64,000 nt of DNA. Origin: an uncultured bacterium (GTDB lineage: Bacteria > Acidobacteriota > HRBIN11 > JAKEFK01). Positions 29,479 to 38,569 of the stretch are shown here, one piece after another. The translations under genes were made by a program, and so were the position numbers. The notes below the pieces were generated by a model. The model did not search any database, was not told the origin of the DNA, and worked only from the letters and a program-made list of their open reading frames with translations. How positions within the stretch are numbered: the stretch's first letter is position 1; every line of letters begins with the position of its first letter. Location of the stretch: NCBI GenBank assembly GCA_963777505.1, contig CAVZQN010000003.1:480001-544000 (forward strand). The letters are read 5' to 3'.

Positions 29479-31920
29479 ATGACTCAGAGTCTGGCAGAAT
29501 TTTCGCTGAGCGCATTTCGTAAGAACGCAAATAAAAAGGCATTCATAGAACAAACCGCGTATCGCACAAAAATTTCTACGTATCGTGAAATTGAAGAAGG
29601 CGCGTTCAAAATCGCTTCAGCATTTCGCAAGCAGGGTATCAACGAAGGCGATCGAGTCATTATCTGGAGTGAAAATAGCGCCCGCTGGGCAATGACGTTC
29701 TATGCATGCCTCCTCTCGCGGATAGTTGCTGTTCCTTTGGATGCATCCTTCACTCAGGAATATGTAGACAAAATTTTCAAACTGACCGAAGCTCGGCTTA
29801 TATGTTCTGATAAAAACCTGCAAAGCTGGAACAGTTTGCTTCAAGAATCCAGTTCCTTTGTTCCTGATTCAACGCCTCCGACTCCCGAAACGTTACTGGA
29901 GATCATCTACACCTCAGGAACAACGGGTGATCCGAAAGGGGTCATGATTACTCACGGAAATTTGCTCGCAAACCTGATTCCGGTTTATTCGGAAATTCAA
30001 AAGTACAAAAAGTATGCTTCCATTTTTTCTCAACTGGGTTTTGTGCATTTGATTCCGCTCAGCCATCTGTTCGGACAAGTCATGGGTCTGTTTATTCCTC
30101 AAATGTTAGGCGTCAAAATCATCTTTGCTGATCCATCACCACCGCAAGTGATGCGTGCTGTGAAAACGAATCGAGCGTCAGCGATTATTTGCGTTCCACA
30201 CGAACTAGTGCTTATGCACAAACGCATAGGGACGGTAGTAGGGGCGGGTCTAAGGCCCGCCCAAGAAGTTGATGCCGATAATAAACGGGCGGGTCTAAGA
30301 CCCGCCCCTACAGAACGAAAAGGAATCCCTGGAATTCTGCAACGATGGTGGCGATATCGTGATGTTCATCGCGTTTTTGGTTGGAAGTTTTGGGCATTTA
30401 TTGTTGGTGGAGCTACCTTGCCGCAAGAAGAGGAACGTTTTTGGAGCCAGTTGGGCTATGCAGTTATTCAGGGTTATGGCTTAACTGAAACGGCGCCATC
30501 GGTAACCATTACGCATCCGTTTAAAGGAATCGTGGAAGGTTCTGTTGGGAAAGTTTTGCCTGGAATGGAAGTGAAAATCGCGGACGATGGCGAAGTGCTT
30601 GTACGCGGTGCGAATGTGAGTCCGGGATATTTTCGGAATGAGGAAGCAACACGTGCGATGTTTGAGAACGGCTGGCTTCAAACTGGTGATCTCGGCCGTT
30701 TTGATGAGAATGGCAATCTGGTTTTACTGGGACGCAAAAAAGAGGTGATCGTTCTCGCAGGTGGAATGAATGTATTCCCGCACGATATTGAAGACACATT
30801 GAACCGCGATCAACGCGTACGTGAATCTGCAATTGTGAATGGAGGCACCACTGAAAAGCCGCGAGTTCATGCTGCGCTGATCCTGCAAGATTCCTCTGCT
30901 CAACCTGAAGACGTAATCCGAAATGCGAATTCACATTTACAGCCGCATCAACAAATTCAATCATGGAGTGTTTGGCCTGAAAAAGAATTTCCTCGCACTT
31001 CTACTGGAAAGTTGAAGCGCTTCGCGATCCAACGCGGAATGCCTGGAATTATTTCTGAGGAGTCTGTCGTAGAAAAAGTAGCTGCTGAATTATTGGAAGG
31101 CAACAATGCAGCGGATTCAGATTTAGCGCTTTCTTCCCTTGAAAGAGTCGAACTGATGATGGAGTTGGAAAAAAAGACAGGCACTGAATTAAATGAAGTT
31201 GAATTTGCGAAAGCAAAAACAAGATCCGATGTTGCCAGGCTTATTGATCAACCTTCAATCGCAGTGAGTGAAACGTACAACCCATGGCTGTGGCGATTAT
31301 CGTGGCCAATCCGTTTGCTGCGAAGTGTTTTATGGTATGGGCTCGCATCTCCAGCCATCCGGATCAGGCTGAAGATCCACACAAAGGGTTTGGAAAATTT
31401 GCAACAGCTCGAACCGCCGGTTTTATTTGTATGCAATCATCAAAGCATCATAGATGCGCCGGTGATCCTTCGTGCTTTGCCGCCGTTATGGCGGAGGAAG
31501 CTTTCTCCAGCTATGGGCGCAAACCGCACGAAGCTCGATCTGGTTGCTGCATCTTTATTTTTCAATACGTATCTGTTACCTGTGACGAGTGTTGGGTTAC
31601 GCGGTGCAATTCAACACACAGCGTGGCTCGCAGATCATGGTTATTCTCCGCTTGTATTTCCGGAAGGGAAGCGCACGGCCGATGGAAAGTTACTTCCATT
31701 CCGACCAGGAATTGGTGTGATTGTCAAAGAAACTGGACTTCGTGTCGTTCCAATTGTACTTCATGGTGCGTTTGAAATTTGGCCTGAACATGCACGTGGA
31801 CCAGGTAAAGGTGACGTCCATATTCGTTTTGGTGCACCATTCGATTTCACAGGCAAAGAACCATCTGAGATTACATCAACTCTTGAATCGTGGTATCAAC
31901 AAAACTATGAAATACGATGA
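29479..31920 (+). CDS. Fused long-chain acyl-CoA/ACP synthetase - acyl carrier - PlsC-type acyltransferase
   Basis: YTSGTTGDPKG, QGYGLTE, TGDLG, PRTSTGK; carrier LSSLERVEL; acyltransferase NHQSIID and FPEG. Confidence 0.9.
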   Translation: MTQSLAEFSLSAFRKNANKKAFIEQTAYRTKISTYREIEEGAFKIASAFRKQGINEGDRVIIWSENSARWAMTFYACLLSRIVAVPLDASFTQEYVDKIFKLTEARLICSDKNLQSWNSLLQESSSFVPDSTPPTPETLLEIIYTSGTTGDPKGVMITHGNLLANLIPVYSEIQKYKKYASIFSQLGFVHLIPLSHLFGQVMGLFIPQMLGVKIIFADPSPPQVMRAVKTNRASAIICVPHELVLMHKRIGTVVGAGLRPAQEVDADNKRAGLRPAPTERKGIPGILQRWWRYRDVHRVFGWKFWAFIVGGATLPQEEERFWSQLGYAVIQGYGLTETAPSVTITHPFKGIVEGSVGKVLPGMEVKIADDGEVLVRGANVSPGYFRNEEATRAMFENGWLQTGDLGRFDENGNLVLLGRKKEVIVLAGGMNVFPHDIEDTLNRDQRVRESAIVNGGTTEKPRVHAALILQDSSAQPEDVIRNANSHLQPHQQIQSWSVWPEKEFPRTSTGKLKRFAIQRGMPGIISEESVVEKVAAELLEGNNAADSDLALSSLERVELMMELEKKTGTELNEVEFAKAKTRSDVARLIDQPSIAVSETYNPWLWRLSWPIRLLRSVLWYGLASPAIRIRLKIHTKGLENLQQLEPPVLFVCNHQSIIDAPVILRALPPLWRRKLSPAMGANRTKLDLVAASLFFNTYLLPVTSVGLRGAIQHTAWLADHGYSPLVFPEGKRTADGKLLPFRPGIGVIVKETGLRVVPIVLHGAFEIWPEHARGPGKGDVHIRFGAPFDFTGKEPSEITSTLESWYQQNYEIR
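30238..30311. repeat. Inverted REP-like pair inserted in-frame within the acyl-synthetase CDS
   Basis: GTAGGGGCGGGTCTAAGGCCCGCCC...GGGCGGGTCTAAGACCCGCCCCTAC, translated VGAGLRPAQEVDADNKRAGLRPAPT. Confidence 0.9.
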
Positions 31921-31987
31921 TGACCTTGCATACTTCATGATCAAGGTTTCGGTGTTTGTGCAATGAAGAGTTAAACAGATACTTGCT

Positions 31988-34342
31988 TCATGATGCTATG
32001 ACAGGATCGGCGAAAACAAAATTTGAACATTCAGATGCATCCAAAGTTTCACCTTCAAAAATAATTGTGACTGTTACTCCCGCGTAGTCACTCAAATTAA
32101 TTCTGTTTTGCCGCCAGTAAGGTTTACTGCCGTCGCTCTTTTCTTCAAAAATTATCCTTTCACTTCCATCTTCTAATTGGAATATGATTCGTTGTTGCTG
32201 TTTAGAAGAACAAATATTAGGCCCGGTATAAAAATCAAGAAAAGCAGTTGGCGGAATCTGGGAAGCGAACCCTAGACGTTCGTGGTTTTTCAATACAATC
32301 GCGTATTTTCTATCACCGACAGGTCCTACTAATTGCACCATCTCAGAAGTGTTGCGTAGGGTGTGGGAAGAAGGTACCCAATATTCGGCCTTTTCGAGGT
32401 GGCCTGCGAAATCAAAATAAATCTGAGGCTGCTGGATTTCATTTGTTGATAATTGATAAAGTACTGCTCCATTCTTGTCGAAGAGCTTAATGAGATGTTT
32501 TCTGACAAATTCACGTTCAGGGTCAGTTATCAGAAAATAATGACGTTGAATCTTATCGCACAGAAAATGAGTGATTCCATATCTGTTAAGAATACTAAGA
32601 AGGTTATCGGATCGGTCAGTGTCTAATTCATAAAAATATGATGACCAAACCGAAGCAGATGGAGCATTTGTATAAAAGGATGCTGCGACAGTATTGTGCC
32701 AGAACAATAATTTCTTCTGTCCTTTGATTTGATTAAAAAGTTGCAGGGCTTCATAGTTACCTACATGACGAGAGATATAAACATCTTTTGTTTCTTGACC
32801 TGTTAGAACGGGAGCCGGAAGGGTGTCTATGATTTTTGCGCCATGAAGTGCTCCAGAACCAATTGGTTCAAAGAACGGCGTGCTATACATAGCTATAATG
32901 CCGACTATGGCAATGCTCGAATAAGCGATTATCCTATTAGTTCTTATTGATACTTGAAACCATTCAGCAACTGCACAGGCACAAAGGACGGCAAGTACAG
33001 GGACTGCCGGCAAAAAGTATCTTACTGATTGGGCTGTAGCCAACCATAGAACTGAGAAAACTGCAAAAAATAGTAATAACAGTTTGTTCTCGGTTCTAAT
33101 TTTTCGAACAATAAAAATAAGCGGCAAAATAAGAATATAAAGAGGACCGATATTGCCGTGAAACTTCTCACCGCCACGCATAGAGATTCTAAGCAAGAAG
33201 AGAAGATGCTCCATTGGATTTACCACTCCAACAGGTGTTCCAATGGCAGAAAGATAATCCAACTGTAGTTGCATGGCTCTCGGATTCCAATGTGGACTAT
33301 CAAAAAACCGATCAAGTAACGGAAAAAGAGGATCGCCCATTTCCTTGTAATTCAGAATAGCCCACGGAGCGAGACCTATGATCACAGCAACCAAAAGTAA
33401 GAACGTTTTCTTAAATGAAGAGAGCCAATTATGATCTGTCTGAAAAAAAGTTACGAAACTGGTGACAGCAAACGCCGCTATGGAATTAAAAACAAGATAC
33501 TTGATGCCGGATGCAAAACAGATTGAGATTCCGGACAACAATAGCCAGGAAATATGTTGTTGAGCAAAATAACGAATGATTCCATAAAGGGCAAGAAAGA
33601 CAAACAGTGATAAGGCAACGTCGATATGGGCAGTTCTCATTTCCCAGATAAAGAAAGGAGTTCCAACAAGAATTAAAACAGCCATATATCCTGCAAGCTT
33701 TGAGTGGATTCTTTTTGCGAGTGAATAGGATAAGAGCAGGCAAAGGATGCCTGTGAGAAAGTGAATCAACTTTGCAGTGACCTCGTTGTGAAGAATTAGG
33801 CCAAAGGCGAAGAGCATCTCAATATTTCTCGGCATGCAGGCGTAAGGATTGTCTGTAAGGGAGACCGTGCGATGAGCAAGGCTCATCATTCTTCCACTGT
33901 AAAGATGATAAAAGATGTCGTCATACTCGAAGGCAGGTCCAAGCGCTGAGATGAGCACGACAGCGAGTGTTATGCCTGAATACACAAACACAAGCACGTA
34001 ACCTAAGTTTCCTGAGAGTGTCTTAACGCCTGACTTTATTTCTTCCAGAAATAGTTTCAAATGTCGAATTCGGAGAAGAATGATTGAAAGAACTATCAGA
34101 AAGCAAATTGTTTGATAGAACGCTCCAATAATTCCTAGCAAAAATGTGAGGTAGGAGAAAAAGATCAAACCCAGGGATGATGCGATCGCAAGTCGTTCGG
34201 CGCCAGGCTCAACTACAGCTTTAATTCGAATGAGTACTTCGAGGCCAACAATATAGGAAGCAACCCAAATCAAAATTACTAATGAGACGTCCCAAAATCC
34301 AATTGTGACTAAAGTGTCAGCTACGATACGCAGAGATCCCAA
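31988..34342 (-). CDS. Polytopic membrane glycosyltransferase (GT-C/ArnT-PMT-like) with C-terminal soluble beta domain; start uncertain
   Basis: Many TM helices; YDDIFYHL, HIDVA, GIKY, N...GDPLFP, RYFLP motifs. Confidence 0.7.
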   Translation of the reverse strand: MGSLRIVADTLVTIGFWDVSLVILIWVASYIVGLEVLIRIKAVVEPGAERLAIASSLGLIFFSYLTFLLGIIGAFYQTICFLIVLSIILLRIRHLKLFLEEIKSGVKTLSGNLGYVLVFVYSGITLAVVLISALGPAFEYDDIFYHLYSGRMMSLAHRTVSLTDNPYACMPRNIEMLFAFGLILHNEVTAKLIHFLTGILCLLLSYSLAKRIHSKLAGYMAVLILVGTPFFIWEMRTAHIDVALSLFVFLALYGIIRYFAQQHISWLLLSGISICFASGIKYLVFNSIAAFAVTSFVTFFQTDHNWLSSFKKTFLLLVAVIIGLAPWAILNYKEMGDPLFPLLDRFFDSPHWNPRAMQLQLDYLSAIGTPVGVVNPMEHLLFLLRISMRGGEKFHGNIGPLYILILPLIFIVRKIRTENKLLLLFFAVFSVLWLATAQSVRYFLPAVPVLAVLCACAVAEWFQVSIRTNRIIAYSSIAIVGIIAMYSTPFFEPIGSGALHGAKIIDTLPAPVLTGQETKDVYISRHVGNYEALQLFNQIKGQKKLLFWHNTVAASFYTNAPSASVWSSYFYELDTDRSDNLLSILNRYGITHFLCDKIQRHYFLITDPEREFVRKHLIKLFDKNGAVLYQLSTNEIQQPQIYFDFAGHLEKAEYWVPSSHTLRNTSEMVQLVGPVGDRKYAIVLKNHERLGFASQIPPTAFLDFYTGPNICSSKQQQRIIFQLEDGSERIIFEEKSDGSKPYWRQNRINLSDYAGVTVTIIFEGETLDASECSNFVFADPVIAS

Positions 34343-34605
34343 ATCGAATAATTTTAGGAACCAATAAAGAAGAACAATGCTCCACGTAATAAAAAGAGGA
34401 ATATTAAGTAAGAAGAGGTGCGAGACCTAATAGCAATGCCCCCAGACTATTACACATTCTTCAGCAATCGCTGTTCTACTAGATACTTTACTAGAATCTA
34501 AGCCTAAACATTGACCCCAATATACCACTATAGTAAAGGTCATAGAATATTTTAGTTAAAGTGAATAAAATTTTCAGACTGGTACAGATTGTGGATTCTG
34601 TATAG

Positions 34606-35859
34606 TTAATCTGATACTTCTTTGAGGCGCCTTGTCATGAATTGGCGCTCAGGTTTTGTGCGAACAAGCTCCAGTGTCTTTTGATAGTATTCTTTGGCTT
34701 TTTTACGATCCCCCGCGAGCCTGTAAAATTCCGCATAGGTTGCAGGAAGCAAATAATATTCTTTGAGTGAAGGAAGGTCTTTCAAACGATCCAGTTCGTT
34801 TAAGCCTGATTCAGTGCCTTCCACCATGCAAAGCGCTACGGCGCGATTCAATAAAAGTACAGGTGAACGATTGATTAAGATCAACATGTCATAGAATCCA
34901 AGGATTCCTTTCCAATTTGTAGCTTCATAACTTTTAGCACTTGCATGACATGCTGCGATGCTTGCTTGCAAATGATATTCGCTTATTTCACTTCCGGATG
35001 AAGCACGATCCAAATGAAAGTATCCACGTTGAATTAGATCCTGGTCCCATTTCGTTCGATCTTGTTCAGATAAAACAATTAAGTTGCCGTCGCTATCTGT
35101 ACGCGTTGGAAACCTGGAAGCCTGAAACAGCATGAGTGAGAGAAGTGCATGAGTCTCAGGGCTTTCACCTGTTGGGTGAGCCGCAAGCAGCGTTCCCAGT
35201 CGTACTGCCTCTTCACACAAATCCTGACGAACAAGATCCTCACCTTCAGTTGCGGAATAGCCTTCGTTAAACAACAAATACAAAACATGAAGAACAGTGG
35301 TAAGGCGCAATCTTAATTCTTTGTCATGCGGGATTTCAAAGCGGATCATCTCATCTTTGATTTTCCTTTTTGCTCTGACAAGTCGTTGAGCAATTGTCGT
35401 TGGAGAAGACAGAAAGCCCCGCGCAATTTCATCGACACTGAAACCGCATAAAGTTTTCAGAATTAATGCGGTTTGATTTTCCAAAGTTAATTGTGGATGA
35501 CAACATGTAAACATGAGTGTAAGCTGTTCATCTTCAAAAAGATTTTTCTCGGAATGAGGGTTCATCGTTTGATTGACCTGCCGGAGTAAATCCGGTTGTT
35601 TTGTTCTGAAGGATGTTTCGCGGCGAAGGACATCCAGTGCTCGATTTTTTGCCGCTTGCAGCAGCCATCCGCCTGGATTTTCAGGCACTCCAGAAAATGG
35701 CCACCGTTGAATTGCTTTGATCAAAGCATCTTGAACGACATCTTCTGCAAGATCTATGTGTTCTATCCCGAAAATTTTTACAAGTATGGCGGTGATCTGT
35801 CCGGCTTTTTGCCGGAAGAGGTGATCAACAAGATTGTGGATGGTATTGGCGTCTTGCAT
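34606..35859 (-). CDS. ECF sigma factor with C-terminal TPR extension (ECF42/DUF6596-like)
   Basis: AEDVVQDA, WP..G.P.NP.GWL, MFTCCHP, AQRLVRAK, LYLLFNEGY, YHLQASIAACH. Confidence 0.92.
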   Translation of the reverse strand: MQDANTIHNLVDHLFRQKAGQITAILVKIFGIEHIDLAEDVVQDALIKAIQRWPFSGVPENPGGWLLQAAKNRALDVLRRETSFRTKQPDLLRQVNQTMNPHSEKNLFEDEQLTLMFTCCHPQLTLENQTALILKTLCGFSVDEIARGFLSSPTTIAQRLVRAKRKIKDEMIRFEIPHDKELRLRLTTVLHVLYLLFNEGYSATEGEDLVRQDLCEEAVRLGTLLAAHPTGESPETHALLSLMLFQASRFPTRTDSDGNLIVLSEQDRTKWDQDLIQRGYFHLDRASSGSEISEYHLQASIAACHASAKSYEATNWKGILGFYDMLILINRSPVLLLNRAVALCMVEGTESGLNELDRLKDLPSLKEYYLLPATYAEFYRLAGDRKKAKEYYQKTLELVRTKPERQFMTRRLKEVSD

Positions 35860-35871
35860 GGTTTATACATT

Positions 35872-35922
35872 TGCAGGCAAGATGCCTGCGGACCGGAAGG
35901 CGGGCAGAGACGCCCGCCCTCC
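35872..35922. repeat. REP-like pair between yciI-like gene and ECF
   Basis: TGCAGGCAAGATGCCTGCGG (identical to 986-1005) plus GGCGGGCAGAGACGCCCGCCCTCC. Confidence 0.75.
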
Positions 35923-35933
35923 ATATCCACAAA

Positions 35934-36269
35934 TTAATGCGGGATGACTTCGCGAACTTCGACGTCTCCATTGAAATCCAGATGTGGACAACTTCGACTG
36001 ATCTGCACAGCTTGATCCAAATTTTCGGCTTCAATCATCCAGAAACCGCCAACAGTTTCTTTTGTCTCAGCAAAAGGACCATCAACAACTTTTCCATTGT
36101 TTATTGAGACTACTCTGCCATTGCCCGAAAGCTCTTCGCCAGCAAGATGATGATTCTTATCTTTCAGCTGCTGGCTCCAATTCATATATTTCTCAAGTAC
36201 CTTTTGCATATCTTCAGGAGAATATTTGGTAAAATCTCCACCTTTTAATAACAATACAAACTTTGCCAT
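35934..36269 (-). CDS. YciI/DGPF-domain protein
   Basis: VDGPFAETKETVGGFWMI, CPHL, VEVRE; start at MAKFVLL after AGGAGG; usual ECF42 partner. Confidence 0.92.
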   Translation of the reverse strand: MAKFVLLLKGGDFTKYSPEDMQKVLEKYMNWSQQLKDKNHHLAGEELSGNGRVVSINNGKVVDGPFAETKETVGGFWMIEAENLDQAVQISRSCPHLDFNGDVEVREVIPH

Positions 36270-36287
36270 TTGTTCCTCCTTACGAGT

Positions 36288-36313
36288 CGGGCGGGTCTTA
36301 GACCCTCCCCTAC
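36288..36313 (-). repeat. GTAGGGG-type REP-like copy
   Basis: CGGGCGGGTCTTAGACCCTCCCCTAC. Confidence 0.75.
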
Positions 36314-36339
36314 ATGTATTTATAAGACGAGTGGAAGTT

Positions 36340-37155
36340 CTATAAATCGACACCGGAATTTTCATGACGCTGCCGGTTTGCTTCGTAGAGAAAAACAGCA
36401 GCTGCCGTTGCAACATTTAATGAGTCAGTATCATTCAACATTGGAATTGCAATTTTTTCATCCGCTTGTTCTAAAACTTCTTCCGATAAACCTGCGGCTT
36501 CACTGCCAAATAATACGATTACATTTCCAGTTAATGTTGACGATTTCAAAGTTCCACTCCCTGAAGGATGCGCTGCTTTTACTTGAAAGCCATACTTTGC
36601 TTTTAATTGGATTAATTCCTGCGCCATTTCCGGGACTTGAAATACAGGAACGTTGAAAATCCCTCCCATAGAACTGCGAACGGCACGTCTGAGCCATGGG
36701 CTACTTGTATTGCGATCAACAAGGATCGCATTCACACCGAAGGCAGCAGAACTCCGCACAATGACACCTACGTTTTCAGAGCTTGTAATTCTATCTAAAC
36801 CTACAAGCAGCAAATTTTCTTGTGTATCAAGGAAATTTTGTAACGATCCTTCAGGCGGCATTTTGGCTACGGCCATAATTCCCTGATGAAGAGGGAAGCC
36901 AACGATTGATTCCAATAATTCTTTGGAGGCTACATACACAGGTGCAATTTCTTTTGTGCTATCAGGAAAAATTTGCTCTTGCCACTCGGGCGTCATCAAA
37001 AATGAAACAATTTCTAATCTAGATTCCAGCAGACGACGAACGACTTTTTCGCCTTCTGCAACAAAGATTTGTTTGCGCCAGTGTTCTATTGAACGCCGAA
37101 GAGTGCGATATGGTTCTAATTCAGGAAGTTCGAGATGTTCTACTTGAATCGGCAA
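36340..37155 (-). CDS. TrmH/SpoU family RNA methyltransferase
   Basis: FVAEG, ENVGVIVRS, RRAVRSSMG, FGSEAAGL, DSLNVATA. Confidence 0.93.
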   Translation of the reverse strand: MPIQVEHLELPELEPYRTLRRSIEHWRKQIFVAEGEKVVRRLLESRLEIVSFLMTPEWQEQIFPDSTKEIAPVYVASKELLESIVGFPLHQGIMAVAKMPPEGSLQNFLDTQENLLLVGLDRITSSENVGVIVRSSAAFGVNAILVDRNTSSPWLRRAVRSSMGGIFNVPVFQVPEMAQELIQLKAKYGFQVKAAHPSGSGTLKSSTLTGNVIVLFGSEAAGLSEEVLEQADEKIAIPMLNDTDSLNVATAAAVFLYEANRQRHENSGVDL

Positions 37156-37182
37156 AACTTTGTGTCTTAGCGGTAAGAAAAG

Positions 37183-38175
37183 TTAATCGGCCGCGGTGGG
37201 TCTGTTCGAAAAACTGGTAACAGGTTCTGGTTCTTTGGCCGGTGCATGTTTTTTTGGAACAAACGCGCGCTCAGTCTGCGGAGCACGCCAGTTATCAAAT
37301 GTTGCGACAACATGAACGCAGGCAACTGTGCAATAGGGTGCGCAATACTTCTTTGTATTGTATTCGCGCCTGACGTCTTCCATTGTGTATTCAGACAATG
37401 GAATGCCGGGATAACCACGCTGCTGCGAACAATAATGAACGAGACCATCTTCGCAAATATACAAGTAACGGCTGCCTGCACGACAGCTCCATTCGTTTGC
37501 GCGGCCAAGAGCAATGTTGTCTTGAAACTTATAAAAACGTGTCCAGCTTCGCTTCCCTTTGTCTTTCAGCATCCTGTAAATCGTTTGCTCGTTATCTGTG
37601 AGAGGTTTCAGCTGGCCTTTGCCATCATGAATAATTCCAAGCGTTGTGGTTAATCCTAATTCCATTGCTCGATTGCTAACTGTAACTGCATCTTGCGGAT
37701 TCTTAATACCGCCACCAATCACAGAATTTACATTAACCCCAAAATGCGCATGCTCGGCCAGCATTTGAAGTTTTTTGTCCAGAACCTTCAGGCTCTTTTT
37801 TGAGACTTCGTCCGGATTGATGTTATCGATGCTGATTTGTACGTGATCCAGCCCCGCTTTATTCAGCTTCTTGATCCGGTCAACAGTCAGCAAATAGCCA
37901 TTGGTAATCAGGCCGGTGAGCATACCTCTTTTGCGGGCTCTCGAGATAATGGCATCGAGAGAAGGATGTAGCAAAGGCTCCCCGCCGCTGATAACCATGA
38001 CACTCAGGCCTAAATCGCCAAGGCGATCGACACGTTTCAGCATCACAGGCTCAGGAATCGGAGCCGAATAATCGTCAAACTCGTTACAATACGTACACGA
38101 AAGATTACACTTCCGTATCGGCACAATATGCGCCAGCACCGGATGACTTTTTCTCGCCAGGCCCTTTCCGATCAT
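37183..38175 (-). CDS. Radical SAM/SPASM-twitch protein (HpnH-like size and layout); true start possibly an ATT at 38220 or 38223
   Basis: CNLSCTYC, SGGEPLLHP, ITNG; C-terminal CRAG..YLY...YCSQ and CAPYCTVAC. Confidence 0.85.
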   Translation of the reverse strand: MIGKGLARKSHPVLAHIVPIRKCNLSCTYCNEFDDYSAPIPEPVMLKRVDRLGDLGLSVMVISGGEPLLHPSLDAIISRARKRGMLTGLITNGYLLTVDRIKKLNKAGLDHVQISIDNINPDEVSKKSLKVLDKKLQMLAEHAHFGVNVNSVIGGGIKNPQDAVTVSNRAMELGLTTTLGIIHDGKGQLKPLTDNEQTIYRMLKDKGKRSWTRFYKFQDNIALGRANEWSCRAGSRYLYICEDGLVHYCSQQRGYPGIPLSEYTMEDVRREYNTKKYCAPYCTVACVHVVATFDNWRAPQTERAFVPKKHAPAKEPEPVTSFSNRPTAAD

Positions 38176-38416
38176 TAAGAACTCGCGAAGCCGGCGAGCA
38201 ATTCGAATATGTTTTGGAATAATAACGCACCTACCGTAAGCTAATTATTGCTAAATATAAGATTCTAAACTGTTTCCGCCAGCTTCTGGACCTGGTAAAC
38301 CGGCGAGGAAAGGTGCCAGAAAAAGATACCATGAATCCTCGTAAATTGCTATGGCTGTTGAGTGTCCATTCAGATCATGTTGTTCATCGGCGCGCGCATC
38401 TTTCTTCTTATTGAAA

Positions 38417-38504
38417 GGGGGAAAGGGAGCAGGGGAGCAGGGGAATCGGAGTAAATAAACTAATGCCATTTTTTTCACCCTTTCTCTCTTTCACCCTTTC
38501 TCCC
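38417..38504. repeat. Inverted arms of purine-rich octamer repeats (GGGAGCAG/GGGAGAAA)
   Basis: GGGGGAAAGGGAGCAGGGGAGCAGGGG ... CACCCTTTCTCTCTTTCACCCTTTCTCCC. Confidence 0.55.
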
Positions 38505-38569
38505 GTTCTTTAGGATGCCAGGAAAAACTTGAGCCAAGCACTGAAGAGGGAGACTTTGTAGAAATGGGA

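Noticed and set aside
31924-31950. Hairpin ACCTTG...CAAGGT as an intrinsic terminator
   Set aside because: Short stem, long loop and weak U-tract; not supportable.
34606-36269. ECF with TPR extension plus DGPF protein as a novel system
   Set aside because: This is the established ECF42-type arrangement.
36270-36416. Long N-terminal extension of the YciI ORF (likewise for the M20 peptidase, hemA, gldG-like and VOC ORFs)
   Set aside because: Extensions overlap neighbouring genes or repeats, or precede a downstream ATG with a better RBS or translational coupling.
38251-38478. 75-aa minus-strand ORF
   Set aside because: Partly translated from the octamer repeat (FPCSPAPFPP); no family motif.
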